Assembly (NCBI GenBank): GCA_041665325.1
Contig: JBAYJB010000004.1
Location: 1,048-65,047, forward strand
Origin: Minisyncoccota bacterium
GTDB taxonomy: Bacteria > Patescibacteriota > Minisyncoccia > Phycocordibacterales > PALSA-1337
Direction: 5' to 3'
Length of the DNA stretch: 64,000 bases
The translations under genes were made by a program, and so were the position numbers. The notes beneath the pieces were generated by a model that made no database searches, had not been told where the DNA came from, and was given only the letters and a program-made list of their open reading frames with translations. Positions 40,051-50,697 of this stretch are shown one piece after another (the first letter of the stretch is position 1; every line of letters begins with the position of its first letter).

Positions 40051-41355
40051 TTAGAGCTTGGTGATATCGCGCGGCGAGATGAGCTCGAAGGACCATTCGG
40101 CAGCGATCCTGATGCGCTTGCGCCAAGAAGCGAATTTGAATAAATAGACCGTGCGCCAGAGCCACCAAGTCAGGAGGCCGGCGATATTCATAGAATAGAT
40201 CTCGCCGATAGCGAACCATTGGCCGATCGAGACCATACTGCCCCGGGAACGATAATGGAAATCCCGCAGCTTGCGTCCGCGGATGGATGCGAGGATGTTG
40301 GCGGCGAGATGCCGAGCCTCGGCTTCAGCGACTTGGGCGAGCATCGGCAAGGGGCGGACATTCTTGGTATCGAGGGCGAAGCCGCGCGCATCCACATAGG
40401 CCGCGATATCCCCGACCGCGAAGACACGCTCACAGCCGAGCACGCGGAAGAAGCTGTCGACCGACAAACGGCCGCCGGAGACTGTCGGGGAGATATCCTC
40501 GAATTTCGGGATGATGGCCTTGACGCCGGCGGTCCAGATGATGGTCGAGGCGGCGACGGTTCGGCCGCCGGAGATAGACAGGCCGGCTTTGGTGACTTCG
40601 GTGACGGCGGTATCAGCCATGACAGTCACGCCATTTTTCGTCAATCGGTTGAGGGCGGCACGACGCAGAGACGGCGCGAATTGCTCGAGTAGCTCCTTGC
40701 CAGCATGGACGAGCGTGATGGTCGGCTCTCCCGGCTCGCAACGATGCGGGTCGTCAGAACGGCAATGTTCCACGCCATAATATCTCTTGACAATCTTCCG
40801 GGTGAATTCGGCTAGCTCGGCTGCCAGCTCCACACCTGTGGCACCGCCGCCCACGACGGCAAAAGACAGGAATGATCGGCGTTCGGCTTCATCAGAGACC
40901 AAAACCGCCTTCTCAAATGAATCGATGATCCTATTCCTGACCAGTGCCGCATCGGCAAGCGTCTTGAGGGGTAAGGTCAGTTTGTCGGCGCCTGGGATGC
41001 CATAGTAGTTGGTCTCGGCGCCGGTGGCGATGATCAGATAGTCATAGTGGATGCTGTGAGAGCGTCCATCCGCGTCTATCTTGACGACCCGGTCGGATTT
41101 GTTGATCGACTGGACGCTCCCCTGCACGATGCAGATATCGGTGCCCCGGAAGACCTCTCGCAGAGGTTCGGCCACGCTCGAGGGCGAGAGGGCGCCGGTG
41201 GCTACTTCATGGAGGAGGGGCGTGAATAGGAAATAGTTCGTCCGATTGACGATCGTGATGTCGATCTCACCCTTGCGGACGGCATGCTCGAGGTTCTTGG
41301 CGATATAAGTCCCGGCGAACCCGGCGCCGAGGATGACGATGTGAGGGCGGAGCAT
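40051..41355 (-). CDS. ndh: Type II NADH dehydrogenase (NDH-2)
   Basis: Two Rossmann GxGxxG motifs (IVILGAGFAG and AVVGGGATG), about 430 aa. Confidence 0.85.
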   Translation of the reverse strand: MLRPHIVILGAGFAGTYIAKNLEHAVRKGEIDITIVNRTNYFLFTPLLHEVATGALSPSSVAEPLREVFRGTDICIVQGSVQSINKSDRVVKIDADGRSHSIHYDYLIIATGAETNYYGIPGADKLTLPLKTLADAALVRNRIIDSFEKAVLVSDEAERRSFLSFAVVGGGATGVELAAELAEFTRKIVKRYYGVEHCRSDDPHRCEPGEPTITLVHAGKELLEQFAPSLRRAALNRLTKNGVTVMADTAVTEVTKAGLSISGGRTVAASTIIWTAGVKAIIPKFEDISPTVSGGRLSVDSFFRVLGCERVFAVGDIAAYVDARGFALDTKNVRPLPMLAQVAEAEARHLAANILASIRGRKLRDFHYRSRGSMVSIGQWFAIGEIYSMNIAGLLTWWLWRTVYLFKFASWRKRIRIAAEWSFELISPRDITKL

Positions 41356-41380
41356 GATGGAGGTATTTTAACATTCCGCT

Positions 41381-42124
41381 CTAAATCCCCGCAAACTGTA
41401 TCGCCACATACAAGACCGCCGCTCCGAGGAGAGTCATGGCGGTCGTCAAGAATTTGGGATGGCTGTGGTGGCTCTCCGGGATGAGGTCGCTCGCGCCGAT
41501 GTATAGGAAGAAGCCGCAGAAGAGCGCCAGGATGATGCCCAAACTCTGTTGCGGCAGGACGAAGAACATAGTCGAGAACGCGCCTAGAACAGGCGCCACC
41601 GCATCCACCATGAGCCAGCGAAAGGCTTGTTTGCGTCCGCCGTCATTCTTGAGGATCATATTGACCGTGTTGATCCCATCAGAGAAATCGTGGGTGAGGA
41701 CGGCGATCGTCACCACCGCCCCGACGGCTGTCGACACCTGGAAAGCCAGGCCGATGGCCACGCCATCGAGGAAGCTATGGACAGACATACTCCCCGCCCC
41801 GAGGATACCTCTTTCTTTCGCGCCATGTGATCCAATTTCCGACGATTCATGATCCTCATCATGCGTGTGCGCATGGAGGAAAATCAGCCGGTCTAGGACT
41901 AGATAGACCAGGAAGCCCAACGCCACCACCGAAGCGATCGTCGACACATCGTAATACTCCCCGCCAAGCTCGATAGCTTCCGGCAGAAGATCGAAGAAAG
42001 CTACCGCGATGACGGCGCCAGCCGAAAATCCCAGGATCAAGTGGAGTTTGTCCTTGAAACGCAGAGCGAACAACCCTCCGACGAGAGTAGAAAAGAAAGT
42101 AGCTATAGCGATGAGGATGATCAT
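41381..42124 (-). CDS. zupT: ZIP family metal (Zn/Fe) transporter
   Basis: 8 TM segments and the HSFLDGVAIG signature. Confidence 0.8.
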   Translation of the reverse strand: MIILIAIATFFSTLVGGLFALRFKDKLHLILGFSAGAVIAVAFFDLLPEAIELGGEYYDVSTIASVVALGFLVYLVLDRLIFLHAHTHDEDHESSEIGSHGAKERGILGAGSMSVHSFLDGVAIGLAFQVSTAVGAVVTIAVLTHDFSDGINTVNMILKNDGGRKQAFRWLMVDAVAPVLGAFSTMFFVLPQQSLGIILALFCGFFLYIGASDLIPESHHSHPKFLTTAMTLLGAAVLYVAIQFAGI

Positions 42125-42134
42125 AATATATCGG

Positions 42135-43046
42135 TCAAAATGAATTGGTGCCTTGAATGAGCGTCGGCTTGCCGGTATCAGTCGGTATCACCGGTCCGCT
42201 GGCCGAGCTCGGAGGCGGCTCGTCATCACTCGAAGAAGAACCTCCCGTCGATCCCCCGGTGGACCCGCCACCGGTGCCCCCTGTGTCCCCCCCGCTCGGA
42301 TCGCTCGGGAAGTTGTCGATGATACCTTCCAGCTCATCGACCTCTCCCTGTGCCTTGTCGACGGCATCTTTTTGCTTCTCGATATCCTCGGGCGTCACTA
42401 CACCGCCCGGGTTGGGATCATTCGTAACTTCATCTACGACCTTCTCGGCATCGGACACAGCCTCCTTGTACTTATCGATCTCGGCTTGCGTCAGGCCGGA
42501 ATTGGCCGGAGTGATGATGGAGACGATCGCCTTGAGTTCCTCCAGGTAATTATTGATGAGGTTAACGTCGGCTGGTTTGATGGGGCTATTGTCCGCCTTC
42601 CATGAAAGGAATAGTTTGTTGATCTCCTGACGCAGAGCTTCGATGCGCCTGGCCGCGGCACTGTCGACTTGCGCTTTGAAGGTCGGATCAGTGGAACGCG
42701 GATCATTGAAGAGAGGGTCGCTAGACCAGAGCGCGTTCTCGACACCGGCTTGCTGTTCGATGATGAATCCCCTGTAAGCGGAGAGACTGAAACCCGCCCG
42801 CATATAGGAAAGCTTGGCCGCTTCGGCCGCGAGCGCGGCCCTGGCGGCTTGGAGGTCAGCGGCGATCTCTGCCGCGGACTTCTGGCGTTGGTCGATGAGG
42901 CCCTGTCTCGAGCGGAGCAAGGCATCAGAGTCATGACCATCATCCCAAGCCTTCTTGGCATACATACTGCCCTTGACCGCGCCGCCGACCACCGCTACCA
43001 GGACGACGACCATGACCAAATCTTTGAGGATGGTTCCCATGCCCAA
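42135..43046 (-). CDS. Membrane-anchored hypothetical protein with a helical ectodomain and a Gly/Ser/Thr-rich tail
   Basis: N-terminal TM helix and a low-complexity GGTGGGSTGGSTGGSSSS stretch. Confidence 0.5.
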   Translation of the reverse strand: MGMGTILKDLVMVVVLVAVVGGAVKGSMYAKKAWDDGHDSDALLRSRQGLIDQRQKSAAEIAADLQAARAALAAEAAKLSYMRAGFSLSAYRGFIIEQQAGVENALWSSDPLFNDPRSTDPTFKAQVDSAAARRIEALRQEINKLFLSWKADNSPIKPADVNLINNYLEELKAIVSIITPANSGLTQAEIDKYKEAVSDAEKVVDEVTNDPNPGGVVTPEDIEKQKDAVDKAQGEVDELEGIIDNFPSDPSGGDTGGTGGGSTGGSTGGSSSSDDEPPPSSASGPVIPTDTGKPTLIQGTNSF

Positions 43047-43084
43047 TAGTGTAACATGGTTGCAGGTATGAGATAATACCCCCG

Positions 43085-43531
43085 ATGACCCTGCAGACTT
43101 TCGACCTGGACCTCATCCATTTCTTCCGCCGGATCAGCATCCCTGTGGCGCGATTTGGCCTATTCGTGGTCTTCTTCTGGTTCGGCGCGCTCAAGGTCAT
43201 CGGTCAGAGTCCGGCTGGCCCGCTCGTCGAGGATCTTTTCAATCATACCTTCCCGCCGATCATGACTTTCGGCGCTTTCATTGTGCTATTCGGGTTATTT
43301 GAGTGCTTGATCGGACTCTTGTTCCTGATCCCGGGCACGGAGCGCGTAGTCATCCCTCTCCTCTTGATCCACATGGTCACTACGGTCATGCCGCTTTTCG
43401 CTATTCCAACTGCGACCTGGTCGGGCTTGATGGTCCCGACGCTCGAAGGTCAATACATCATCAAAAATCTCCTTATCATCGCCGCTGCTGTTGGTATAGC
43501 CGCGCATCTGCATCCGTTGAGGGTGCGTTGA
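43085..43531 (+). CDS. DUF417/DoxX-like membrane protein (YkgB-like)
   Basis: 4-TM hydrophobic profile and the motif FFWFGALKV. Confidence 0.5.
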   Translation: MTLQTFDLDLIHFFRRISIPVARFGLFVVFFWFGALKVIGQSPAGPLVEDLFNHTFPPIMTFGAFIVLFGLFECLIGLLFLIPGTERVVIPLLLIHMVTTVMPLFAIPTATWSGLMVPTLEGQYIIKNLLIIAAAVGIAAHLHPLRVR

Positions 43532-43562
43532 TTGGAGCAAACGTAGTACTAAATATTAAAAC

Positions 43563-44813
43563 TTACCCGATGAAAGTCAGGGCCTTGCCCTTCTTGCTAC
43601 CGCGGCCGGTGCGGCCAATACGGTGGACATAGTCGTCGTAGGTGCCCGGAAGCTCATAGTTGATGACATGGCTGATGTCGGCGATATCTAGACCGCGCGC
43701 GGCTACATCAGTAGCCACCAGGACTTGCACATTGCCCTCCTTGAACAAGCGCAGGGCCTGCTGGCGCTTGCTGTGGTTCTTGTTGCCATGGATAGATTCC
43801 GTCTTGAATCCCCTCTCGATCAGGAGCTGTGACAGCCGCTCGACGCCGTGCTTGGTCCGACCGAAGATGAGAACCTTGCTGAATTCTTTCTGGTTGAGAA
43901 GCTCACGCAGGACGTCGATCTTATTCTTGCCGTTCGCCACCCTCACGACATCCTGTTCGACATTGCGCGAGGTATCGCCGGTCTTCACGGAAATACGCAC
44001 CGGCTCCTTGAGAAATTCTCCGATGAGCTTCTCGATCTCCGGCGAAAGCGTAGCCGAGAAGAAGAGCGTGTGGCGGTCCTTGGGCATAGCCGACATCACT
44101 AGGCGCATGTCTCCGATGAAGCCCATATCGAGCATGCGGTCAGCCTCGTCGAGCACGATGGTGCGGAAGTTGGCCGGTTTGATCATACCGCGATGGATGA
44201 GGTCCTTGAGGCGTCCGGGGGTACCGATCACGAAGTTGTGGGTGAGGCGCAGAGAAGAGATCTGCCTACCGATCGGCATACCGCCGACACAGCAGACCGA
44301 CCACATCTTCATGCCTTTGCTGAAACCCTTGAATTCCTGATCGATCTGGAGGGCGAGCTCGCGCGTCGGCACGATGATCATGACATGTTCCTTGGGCTGA
44401 AGGAGGACCTTATGGATGAGCGGGAGCAAGAAAGCTGCGGTCTTACCGGTACCGGTGTTGGCGATACCCACGAGGTCGGAGCCCTTGAGGATGTGCGGGA
44501 TGGTCCGGTCTTGGATAGGAGTTGGGACAACATAGCCCTTCGAGATAATCGCCTGCTTGAGGCGATCATCGATGGCAAAGTCGCTGAAGGCGTGCTCCGG
44601 CTTGAAGGCGGCCACTTCCTCGGTCATGACGACCTTATTGATGAACCTGGCCGGATTGATGAATTCGCCCAGATTGCCACCCTTCTTACCGCCGCCGCGC
44701 GGAGCATGCTTGGGCCGGCCACCGCGAAAAGGCCTGCTTGAGGCCGAAGTATGATGGCGCGGACCAGAAAATGACCTAGCGGGACGCGCAGAGTTACTGT
44801 GGTTGTTATACAT
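43563..44813 (-). CDS. DEAD-box ATP-dependent RNA helicase
   Basis: Q-motif, Walker A GTGKT, DEAD, SAT and HRIGRTGR. Confidence 0.92.
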   Translation of the reverse strand: MYNNHSNSARPARSFSGPRHHTSASSRPFRGGRPKHAPRGGGKKGGNLGEFINPARFINKVVMTEEVAAFKPEHAFSDFAIDDRLKQAIISKGYVVPTPIQDRTIPHILKGSDLVGIANTGTGKTAAFLLPLIHKVLLQPKEHVMIIVPTRELALQIDQEFKGFSKGMKMWSVCCVGGMPIGRQISSLRLTHNFVIGTPGRLKDLIHRGMIKPANFRTIVLDEADRMLDMGFIGDMRLVMSAMPKDRHTLFFSATLSPEIEKLIGEFLKEPVRISVKTGDTSRNVEQDVVRVANGKNKIDVLRELLNQKEFSKVLIFGRTKHGVERLSQLLIERGFKTESIHGNKNHSKRQQALRLFKEGNVQVLVATDVAARGLDIADISHVINYELPGTYDDYVHRIGRTGRGSKKGKALTFIG

Positions 44814-44852
44814 ATACTACGTATTCTGTCTCGAGAGGAGTATTGAGAGCGG

Positions 44853-45584
44853 ATGCGATGCCGTGCCAAAACCAATGAGATTGAATTACCTGTTCAATAT
44901 AGCCTAGAAGTGTGGTTTTGTCAATCTATGATGCTATACTTGAAGACAATGGAGTGGTATCGAAACAAAACATATATAATCATCGGCGTCATCGTGCTTG
45001 TTGCGGCCATCTGGTTCGCTTTCCGCTCACTCGGCACGTCCCAGATCAAGAACTTAGATTCTGACGGATCGACTATCGTGGCCTTCGGCGACAGCTTGGT
45101 TCAGGGTGTGGGAGCATCGAAGGGCAATGACTTCGTCTCTCTCCTATCGCAACGCATCGGCCAGCCAATCATCAACCTGGGGGTGAGCGGCGATACCACC
45201 GCCGACGCCCTACTCCGTCTGGATGATGTCTTTGTTCAAGACCCCAGGATCGTCATCGTCCTCCTCGGCGGCAATGATTTCCTGCGCAGGATACCGATGG
45301 ATGAGACCTTCGCCAACCTAGATAAGATCGTGAATGCGATCCAAGCCCACGAATCGGCCATTCTCCTGCTCGGCGTACGCGGTGGCTTGCTCTTCGACAG
45401 TTACGACACTAGGTTCGATAAGTTCGCCGGATCTCATGGCGTAGGCTTCGTCCCGAACGTGCTCTCTGGTTTGCTCGGCGACCAGAGATATATGTCAGAC
45501 ACTATCCACCCAAATAATGTCGGATATGTGAAGGTGGCGGACAAGGTGGAGCCGGTGCTGAAGAAGATGTTGGGCGAGTTATGA
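44853..45584 (+). CDS. SGNH/GDSL hydrolase with an N-terminal TM anchor
   Basis: IVAFGDSLVQG (GDSL block I) and DTIHPN (block V). Confidence 0.8.
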   Translation: MRCRAKTNEIELPVQYSLEVWFCQSMMLYLKTMEWYRNKTYIIIGVIVLVAAIWFAFRSLGTSQIKNLDSDGSTIVAFGDSLVQGVGASKGNDFVSLLSQRIGQPIINLGVSGDTTADALLRLDDVFVQDPRIVIVLLGGNDFLRRIPMDETFANLDKIVNAIQAHESAILLLGVRGGLLFDSYDTRFDKFAGSHGVGFVPNVLSGLLGDQRYMSDTIHPNNVGYVKVADKVEPVLKKMLGEL

Positions 45585-45974
45585 TCAGAAGTTTGAAAGA
45601 TAAGGCCAGAATACCAGCACCCCTACCACGAGCGCCGTCAGCGCCGCAATCAGGACCGCCGCGGCCGCCACATCCTTGGTATCGCGCGCGTACGGATGGT
45701 ATTCCGGCGAAGTCAGATTCATGTCTATCTCGATAGCAGTATTGAAGGCCTCTGCCGCTAACACGAACCCAGCGGCTAACACGAGCATGATCCATTCGAG
45801 GCGCGTGATCCGGAAATAACAAGCAAGACCGATCACGAGGACAAGAATGACGAGGTGGATCCAGGCATTGTGAGTAGTCTTCAGAAACAACCAAAGCCCC
45901 CGACCGGCATGGGCAAAGCTTTTGGCTCTCTTCACGAGCGAGAATTCTTCCTTGGTATCTAGTTTGTTTTCCAT
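45585..45974 (-). CDS. dgkA: Diacylglycerol kinase / undecaprenol kinase, DgkA family
   Basis: 3-TM protein of about 120 aa with the conserved EAFNTAIE motif. Confidence 0.8.
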   Translation of the reverse strand: MENKLDTKEEFSLVKRAKSFAHAGRGLWLFLKTTHNAWIHLVILVLVIGLACYFRITRLEWIMLVLAAGFVLAAEAFNTAIEIDMNLTSPEYHPYARDTKDVAAAAVLIAALTALVVGVLVFWPYLSNF

Positions 45975-45994
45975 GGAGTGATTGTATCAGATGC

Positions 45995-47041
45995 TTAGCG
46001 GCTCTTCGCAGTGATCATGAAGCGATATTCGCCATCGAGGGTCTTGCGCGTCGAGATCGGATATGGGGTGACACTATCGAGCGTAAATGACAAAGTTTCT
46101 GTAGTCACATTTTGTCCGAGTCCGATCTCCATACTCGAAGGCCCGAACGGAGAAACAATGTCCAGAACAACGGTCACCTTCCCCGCTTGGATACAAGTCA
46201 CATCCGATGGACAGCGACTGTCCTGTGTCACGGCAGAGATCTTGATCGTGGTCCCGCCGATCGAAACTGGTTTATTGAGCTCCAGGGTAACTTTGGAGTT
46301 GATCGGGGCAACTGGTATGTCAGATTTTAGCTCCTCATAACTTGAAACTTTGATGATGCCTTCCACGGCATACTTCTGCCACTGATCAGTGCTGAGAGCC
46401 TCAAGCGACACGAATAATCCCGTCACCGAGAACTTCCGATCCATCGGTAGGTCGAAAGCTGAGGTAGCTGAGTCTCCCCAATCGAGCGCGTAGAAAAGCC
46501 CGTCGTCAGCCTTGAGACCGAAGGCGCATTCCAAGGTCTGTGGCCCGCTTGTATCGCGATGTGGCAAGCATGTGAATACACCAACCACAGTCTTGGTCGC
46601 CGAGACGGGCGCAGACTCGTTCGGCGTGATATTCACAGGTCCTGAACCGGTCCTAGACCTGAATTCTATCTCGAACCGATACATCCCCATCCCGCACATC
46701 CCCTGAAGGGTCGTAGCTAGCTGGCTGCCGAGGTCTATATCCGTTATCCCCGAACTCGGGAGATTTCGGCTTATATTCATGCTGGGGATCCTGACAGACG
46801 AGGAACAATCGAATGTTCCGTTGGTGTTGAATCGCAGGATAGTCGGTATGCCAGCTTGCGCGACGCTTTTTCTGGGCTGATAACCGCCCCTCGCCCCGAT
46901 CTCGATGATCTGTTTCCCGTCGACGATAGTGACATTGTTCGCTCCCGATATCTGTTCGGCGCCGGTCCGAGGACCAGTCAAGACAATGATGCTTCCGATG
47001 ATGACGGCGGCAATCAATATCGCTATAGCGGTTGCTTTCAT
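45995..47041 (-). CDS. Secreted two-domain protein: an N-terminal cupredoxin-like copper-binding domain plus a C-terminal domain of unknown function
   Basis: MCGMGMYRF is the signature of a cupredoxin-like domain, and the gene lies in the copA operon. Confidence 0.6.
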   Translation of the reverse strand: MKATAIAILIAAVIIGSIIVLTGPRTGAEQISGANNVTIVDGKQIIEIGARGGYQPRKSVAQAGIPTILRFNTNGTFDCSSSVRIPSMNISRNLPSSGITDIDLGSQLATTLQGMCGMGMYRFEIEFRSRTGSGPVNITPNESAPVSATKTVVGVFTCLPHRDTSGPQTLECAFGLKADDGLFYALDWGDSATSAFDLPMDRKFSVTGLFVSLEALSTDQWQKYAVEGIIKVSSYEELKSDIPVAPINSKVTLELNKPVSIGGTTIKISAVTQDSRCPSDVTCIQAGKVTVVLDIVSPFGPSSMEIGLGQNVTTETLSFTLDSVTPYPISTRKTLDGEYRFMITAKSR

Positions 47042-47054
47042 ATGTCTGATTATA

Positions 47055-48089
47055 CTAGAGATTGAATAGGGGCGGTATGAGACCGATGACCACGAGACTA
47101 TTTAGGATATTGAGCAGAGCGAACAAGATGACGACGAGCCCGGCGCTCTTGAAGAAGATCCCCTTCTTGCTGCTATCCTTGATGCTAAACGAGCTGAAGC
47201 TCACCAGGGCTAAGACCGGAAGAGTTCCTAGAGCGAAAGCCAACATCGTCAAACCGCCCTCAAGGAAATTCCCCGTCGTAAGAGTGTAAAGCTGCATCGA
47301 CTGTGTGAAGCCGCAGGGCAAGAAGAAGGTGGCGACGCCTACGAAAAGCGGCGTGAAGGTATGATTGAATCTCGATACCCCGTGGGCATACTTGCCTACT
47401 GATTGCGGCAGTGAGGGCTGCAATCTCTTGGCCCAGCGGAAGACGTCCAGGAGATTCACACCCAAGATGAGCATCACGATGCCGATGAGGAGGCTTAAGA
47501 CAAATGTCGCAGAGATGTTGAGCGTAAAGGCTGATCCGAGGAGGCCGATCATACCCCCCAGGATGAAGAATGATACGAGCCTTCCGGCATGGAACATGAG
47601 CTGCGGCCTGACTCGATCACCTTCCTTGGCAAAAGTAGCTGACATCGAGAGCACTAGACCTCCGACAACCGCCATGCATGTCGATAGCGACGCCACGATG
47701 CCGATGGCAAATGCTGTGCCGTAGGTCACATTGCCGGCGCTGATCAGATCGACGATGCCGAGCTTCTGGAGGAGCACAAAGAGCGCGATGAACCCGAGAG
47801 CGATCGGGACCGCTGACTTGAAGTCTGACCACTTGCTAGCGTGCCCCACCTTATCCACTGATACTGTATAGCCATGTGGCTTGAGCAGGGCTGTGAGCTC
47901 TGCGGCGACCTGTAACGGCTCCTTGTTGCCGAAGTCACCCGTCACCTCTAGCGTATGATCTTTGAGGTTGGATATGACATGCGTGACATGTGGCAGATCA
48001 CCGACCTCGCTTTCCGTCATGAGCACACAGGCGTTGCAGTGCATGCCTTGGATATGGAAAATATGCTTTTGTGTTGATGGGGACATATG
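47055..48089 (-). CDS. HMA (heavy-metal-associated) domain fused to a TauE/SafE- or DsbD-like multi-TM permease
   Basis: GMHCNACV metal-binding motif, then about 8 TM segments with conserved Cys (LSTCMAVVGG and FLPCGF). Confidence 0.6.
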   Translation of the reverse strand, partial: HMSPSTQKHIFHIQGMHCNACVLMTESEVGDLPHVTHVISNLKDHTLEVTGDFGNKEPLQVAAELTALLKPHGYTVSVDKVGHASKWSDFKSAVPIALGFIALFVLLQKLGIVDLISAGNVTYGTAFAIGIVASLSTCMAVVGGLVLSMSATFAKEGDRVRPQLMFHAGRLVSFFILGGMIGLLGSAFTLNISATFVLSLLIGIVMLILGVNLLDVFRWAKRLQPSLPQSVGKYAHGVSRFNHTFTPLFVGVATFFLPCGFTQSMQLYTLTTGNFLEGGLTMLAFALGTLPVLALVSFSSFSIKDSSKKGIFFKSAGLVVILFALLNILNSLVVIGLIPPLFNL

Positions 48090-48090
48090 A

Positions 48091-50382
48091 TTATAGCCTT
48101 CTTGCCTTGATCCTGAGCGAGTTAGAGACCACCGATACGCTCGAGAGCGCCATGGCCATGCCGGCAAAGACGGGGCTCAAAAGCCAGCCGAATATAGGGT
48201 AGAAGATCCCGGCAGCCAGCGGGATGCCGACGATGTTGTAGATGAAGGCCCAGAAGAGGTTCTGCTTGATGCCGCGCATGGTCATCTTGGAAAGTTTGAT
48301 GGCCTTGACGAGCTTCGAGATATCTCCGCCGAGAAGCGTGATGCCGGCCGATTCGATAGCCACATCCGTGCCAGTTCCCATGGCGATGCCGACATCGGCT
48401 TGAGCCAGAGCGGGAGCGTCGTTCACTCCGTCTCCGGCCATAGCCACGACCCTACCCTGTGATTGGAGTTCCTTGATCTTCTCGAGCTTGTTCTGGGGCA
48501 ACACATGCGCGACCACGTCATCTATACCGACAAGCGACGCCATGTATCGGGCCGCCTTCTCATCATCGCCAGTGAGCATCACCACCTTGATACCGAGCTT
48601 GTGGAGGTCGGCCACGGCTTGCTTCGATGCCACCTTGATCTCGTCGGCCACCATGACAAATCCAAGCACCTTCTCCCTAGTCGAAAGGATGACTGGCGTT
48701 TTACCCTGAGCGGTGAACTTTTCTATCGTCGCGACATCGAATGCAACACCGAGATCATTCATGAGCTTCGCATTGCCAACATGGTATTCGGCGCATCCGA
48801 TCGTTCCCTTCAATCCCTTGCCTTGTATGGCTTCGAAGCCAGAAACATCTTCGATCTTGATGCCCTTCCCTTCAGCATAGCTCACAACAGCATGTGCGAT
48901 GGGGTGCTCCGACTTCTTCTCCAGAGAGGCCAGAATAGATACAAGGACATCTTCTGCAAGCCCGGAAAGGTTCCGGATATCTACCAGAGTCGGCTTGCCG
49001 ATAGTGATAGTGCCGGTCTTGTCTACGACCACGGTATCCACCTTGTGGAGCTTCTCGAGCGTGGCGGCATCCTTGATCAGGATGCCTTCCTTGGCCCCCT
49101 TGCCTACCCCCACGATGATCGCCGTCGGCGTAGCCAAACCGAGGGCGCAGGGGCAAGCGATGACCAGGATGCCTACAAACGAGACGAGCCCAAGCGACAA
49201 GGCTTGCGATAGACCGAGCGCGCTCGTGCCGATGATAAGCCAGGACCCAAGAGTCAGGAAGGCGATGACGAGCACGATCGGCACAAAGACGCCCGAGATC
49301 TTGTCTGCCAAGGCCTGGATCGGCGCCTTACTGCCCTGGGCATCTTCGACCATCTTGATGATCTGGGCGAGAAGCGTCTCCGATCCGACCTTGGTCGCCT
49401 TAAATATAAATGACCCACTGGTGTTGATGGTACCGGCGACCACACTGTCTCCAACTTTCTTCTTAGCCGGCATCGGTTCGCCGGTAACCATGGATTCGTC
49501 GACAAATGACGCGCCGTCTACGATCACCCCGTCGACGGGGATCTTTGCCCCCGGCTTGACGATGATGTGATCGCCGTGCCGCACATCACCAACCGAGATC
49601 TCCATCTCCTTACCGTCGCGGACGACTAGGGCGGTCTTGGCCTGAAGATTGAGCAGTTTCTCGATGGCATCGCCGGTCTTCACCTTGGAGCGGGCCTCGA
49701 GATATTTGCCGAGCGCGATGAAAGTGATGACGACGATGGTAACGTCATAATAAGTCTGATCGACATTGATGAAGGGTTTGAGGACATCTTCAAATGCGGT
49801 CACGGCAAAGCTATAGAGATAGGCGGCTACTGTGCCGATGCCGATGAGCGTGTCCATATTGGCCTTGCCATAGCGGAGAAATCGATAGAAACCAAGCAGG
49901 TACGGCTTGCCTACGACGAACAGCGTATATGTAGCCAAGAGGGGCAAGAGATGGTGGAAAAACTCCCCCACTGTATAACTCATCTCTGGCACTGATCCGT
50001 ATCCCGCCAGGATATCCCAACCCATCACGAAGATGCTAAGTATGGCCAATGGGATCGCCGATATGACTTTGGCTTTCATGGCCTTGATCTCGGCGAGCTT
50101 CTCTTTCTTGGACTGACCGATGCCCGTGTGGGCGGCATGCTCATCGGGCGACATGCCCATGCCTTCGGCCGTCTCGGTGACGAGCGAGTAACCGAACTTC
50201 GCGATCTTCTGCGAGAGCTGCTGCGGAGTGACCTTCTCTGGGTCGAGAGCTAGCTTCGCCGTCTCGGTACCATAGTTCACTTCGGCAGATTGGACGCCGG
50301 CTGTCTTCTTGAATGTCTTTTCGATGATGCCGGCGCAGGAAGCGCAATGCATGCCCCTCACCTTGTATGTTTGCTTGTGCAT
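48091..50382 (-). CDS. copA: Copper-translocating P1B-type ATPase
   Basis: N-terminal HMA domain [12 protein letters not shown] motif, DKTGT motif, 763 aa. Confidence 0.95.
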   Translation of the reverse strand: MHKQTYKVRGMHCASCAGIIEKTFKKTAGVQSAEVNYGTETAKLALDPEKVTPQQLSQKIAKFGYSLVTETAEGMGMSPDEHAAHTGIGQSKKEKLAEIKAMKAKVISAIPLAILSIFVMGWDILAGYGSVPEMSYTVGEFFHHLLPLLATYTLFVVGKPYLLGFYRFLRYGKANMDTLIGIGTVAAYLYSFAVTAFEDVLKPFINVDQTYYDVTIVVITFIALGKYLEARSKVKTGDAIEKLLNLQAKTALVVRDGKEMEISVGDVRHGDHIIVKPGAKIPVDGVIVDGASFVDESMVTGEPMPAKKKVGDSVVAGTINTSGSFIFKATKVGSETLLAQIIKMVEDAQGSKAPIQALADKISGVFVPIVLVIAFLTLGSWLIIGTSALGLSQALSLGLVSFVGILVIACPCALGLATPTAIIVGVGKGAKEGILIKDAATLEKLHKVDTVVVDKTGTITIGKPTLVDIRNLSGLAEDVLVSILASLEKKSEHPIAHAVVSYAEGKGIKIEDVSGFEAIQGKGLKGTIGCAEYHVGNAKLMNDLGVAFDVATIEKFTAQGKTPVILSTREKVLGFVMVADEIKVASKQAVADLHKLGIKVVMLTGDDEKAARYMASLVGIDDVVAHVLPQNKLEKIKELQSQGRVVAMAGDGVNDAPALAQADVGIAMGTGTDVAIESAGITLLGGDISKLVKAIKLSKMTMRGIKQNLFWAFIYNIVGIPLAAGIFYPIFGWLLSPVFAGMAMALSSVSVVSNSLRIKARRL

Positions 50383-50385
50383 GGT

Positions 50386-50697
50386 TTATTTCCTTTTGAG
50401 CTTATAGACGCGGAGGATCTCCCCGACGGCCTTGGCGGTCTGTCCCTTGGCGACTTGCTTGGTGACACAACCGCTCAAGTGGTTCTCGAGCAGAAGATCT
50501 TCGATATTGGACAATCCCTGTTTCACAGCTGATGTCTGGGTTATGACATCGATGCAGTAAGTATCCTTCTCGATCATCCTCCCAAGGCCACGGACCTGGC
50601 CCTCGAGGAGCTTGAGGCGACGGATGACCTTGTGCTTGTTGCTATCTTTCATGTATTTCATGCCAGAAAGTATATACCCCCCTAGGGGTATCGTCAA
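50386..50697 (-). CDS. csoR: CsoR/RcnR-family metal-sensing transcriptional repressor
   Basis: RLKLLEGQVRGLGRMIEKDTYCIDVITQTSAV...HLSGC (W-x-Y-z motif with Cys and His ligands). Confidence 0.8.
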   Translation of the reverse strand: MTIPLGGYILSGMKYMKDSNKHKVIRRLKLLEGQVRGLGRMIEKDTYCIDVITQTSAVKQGLSNIEDLLLENHLSGCVTKQVAKGQTAKAVGEILRVYKLKRK

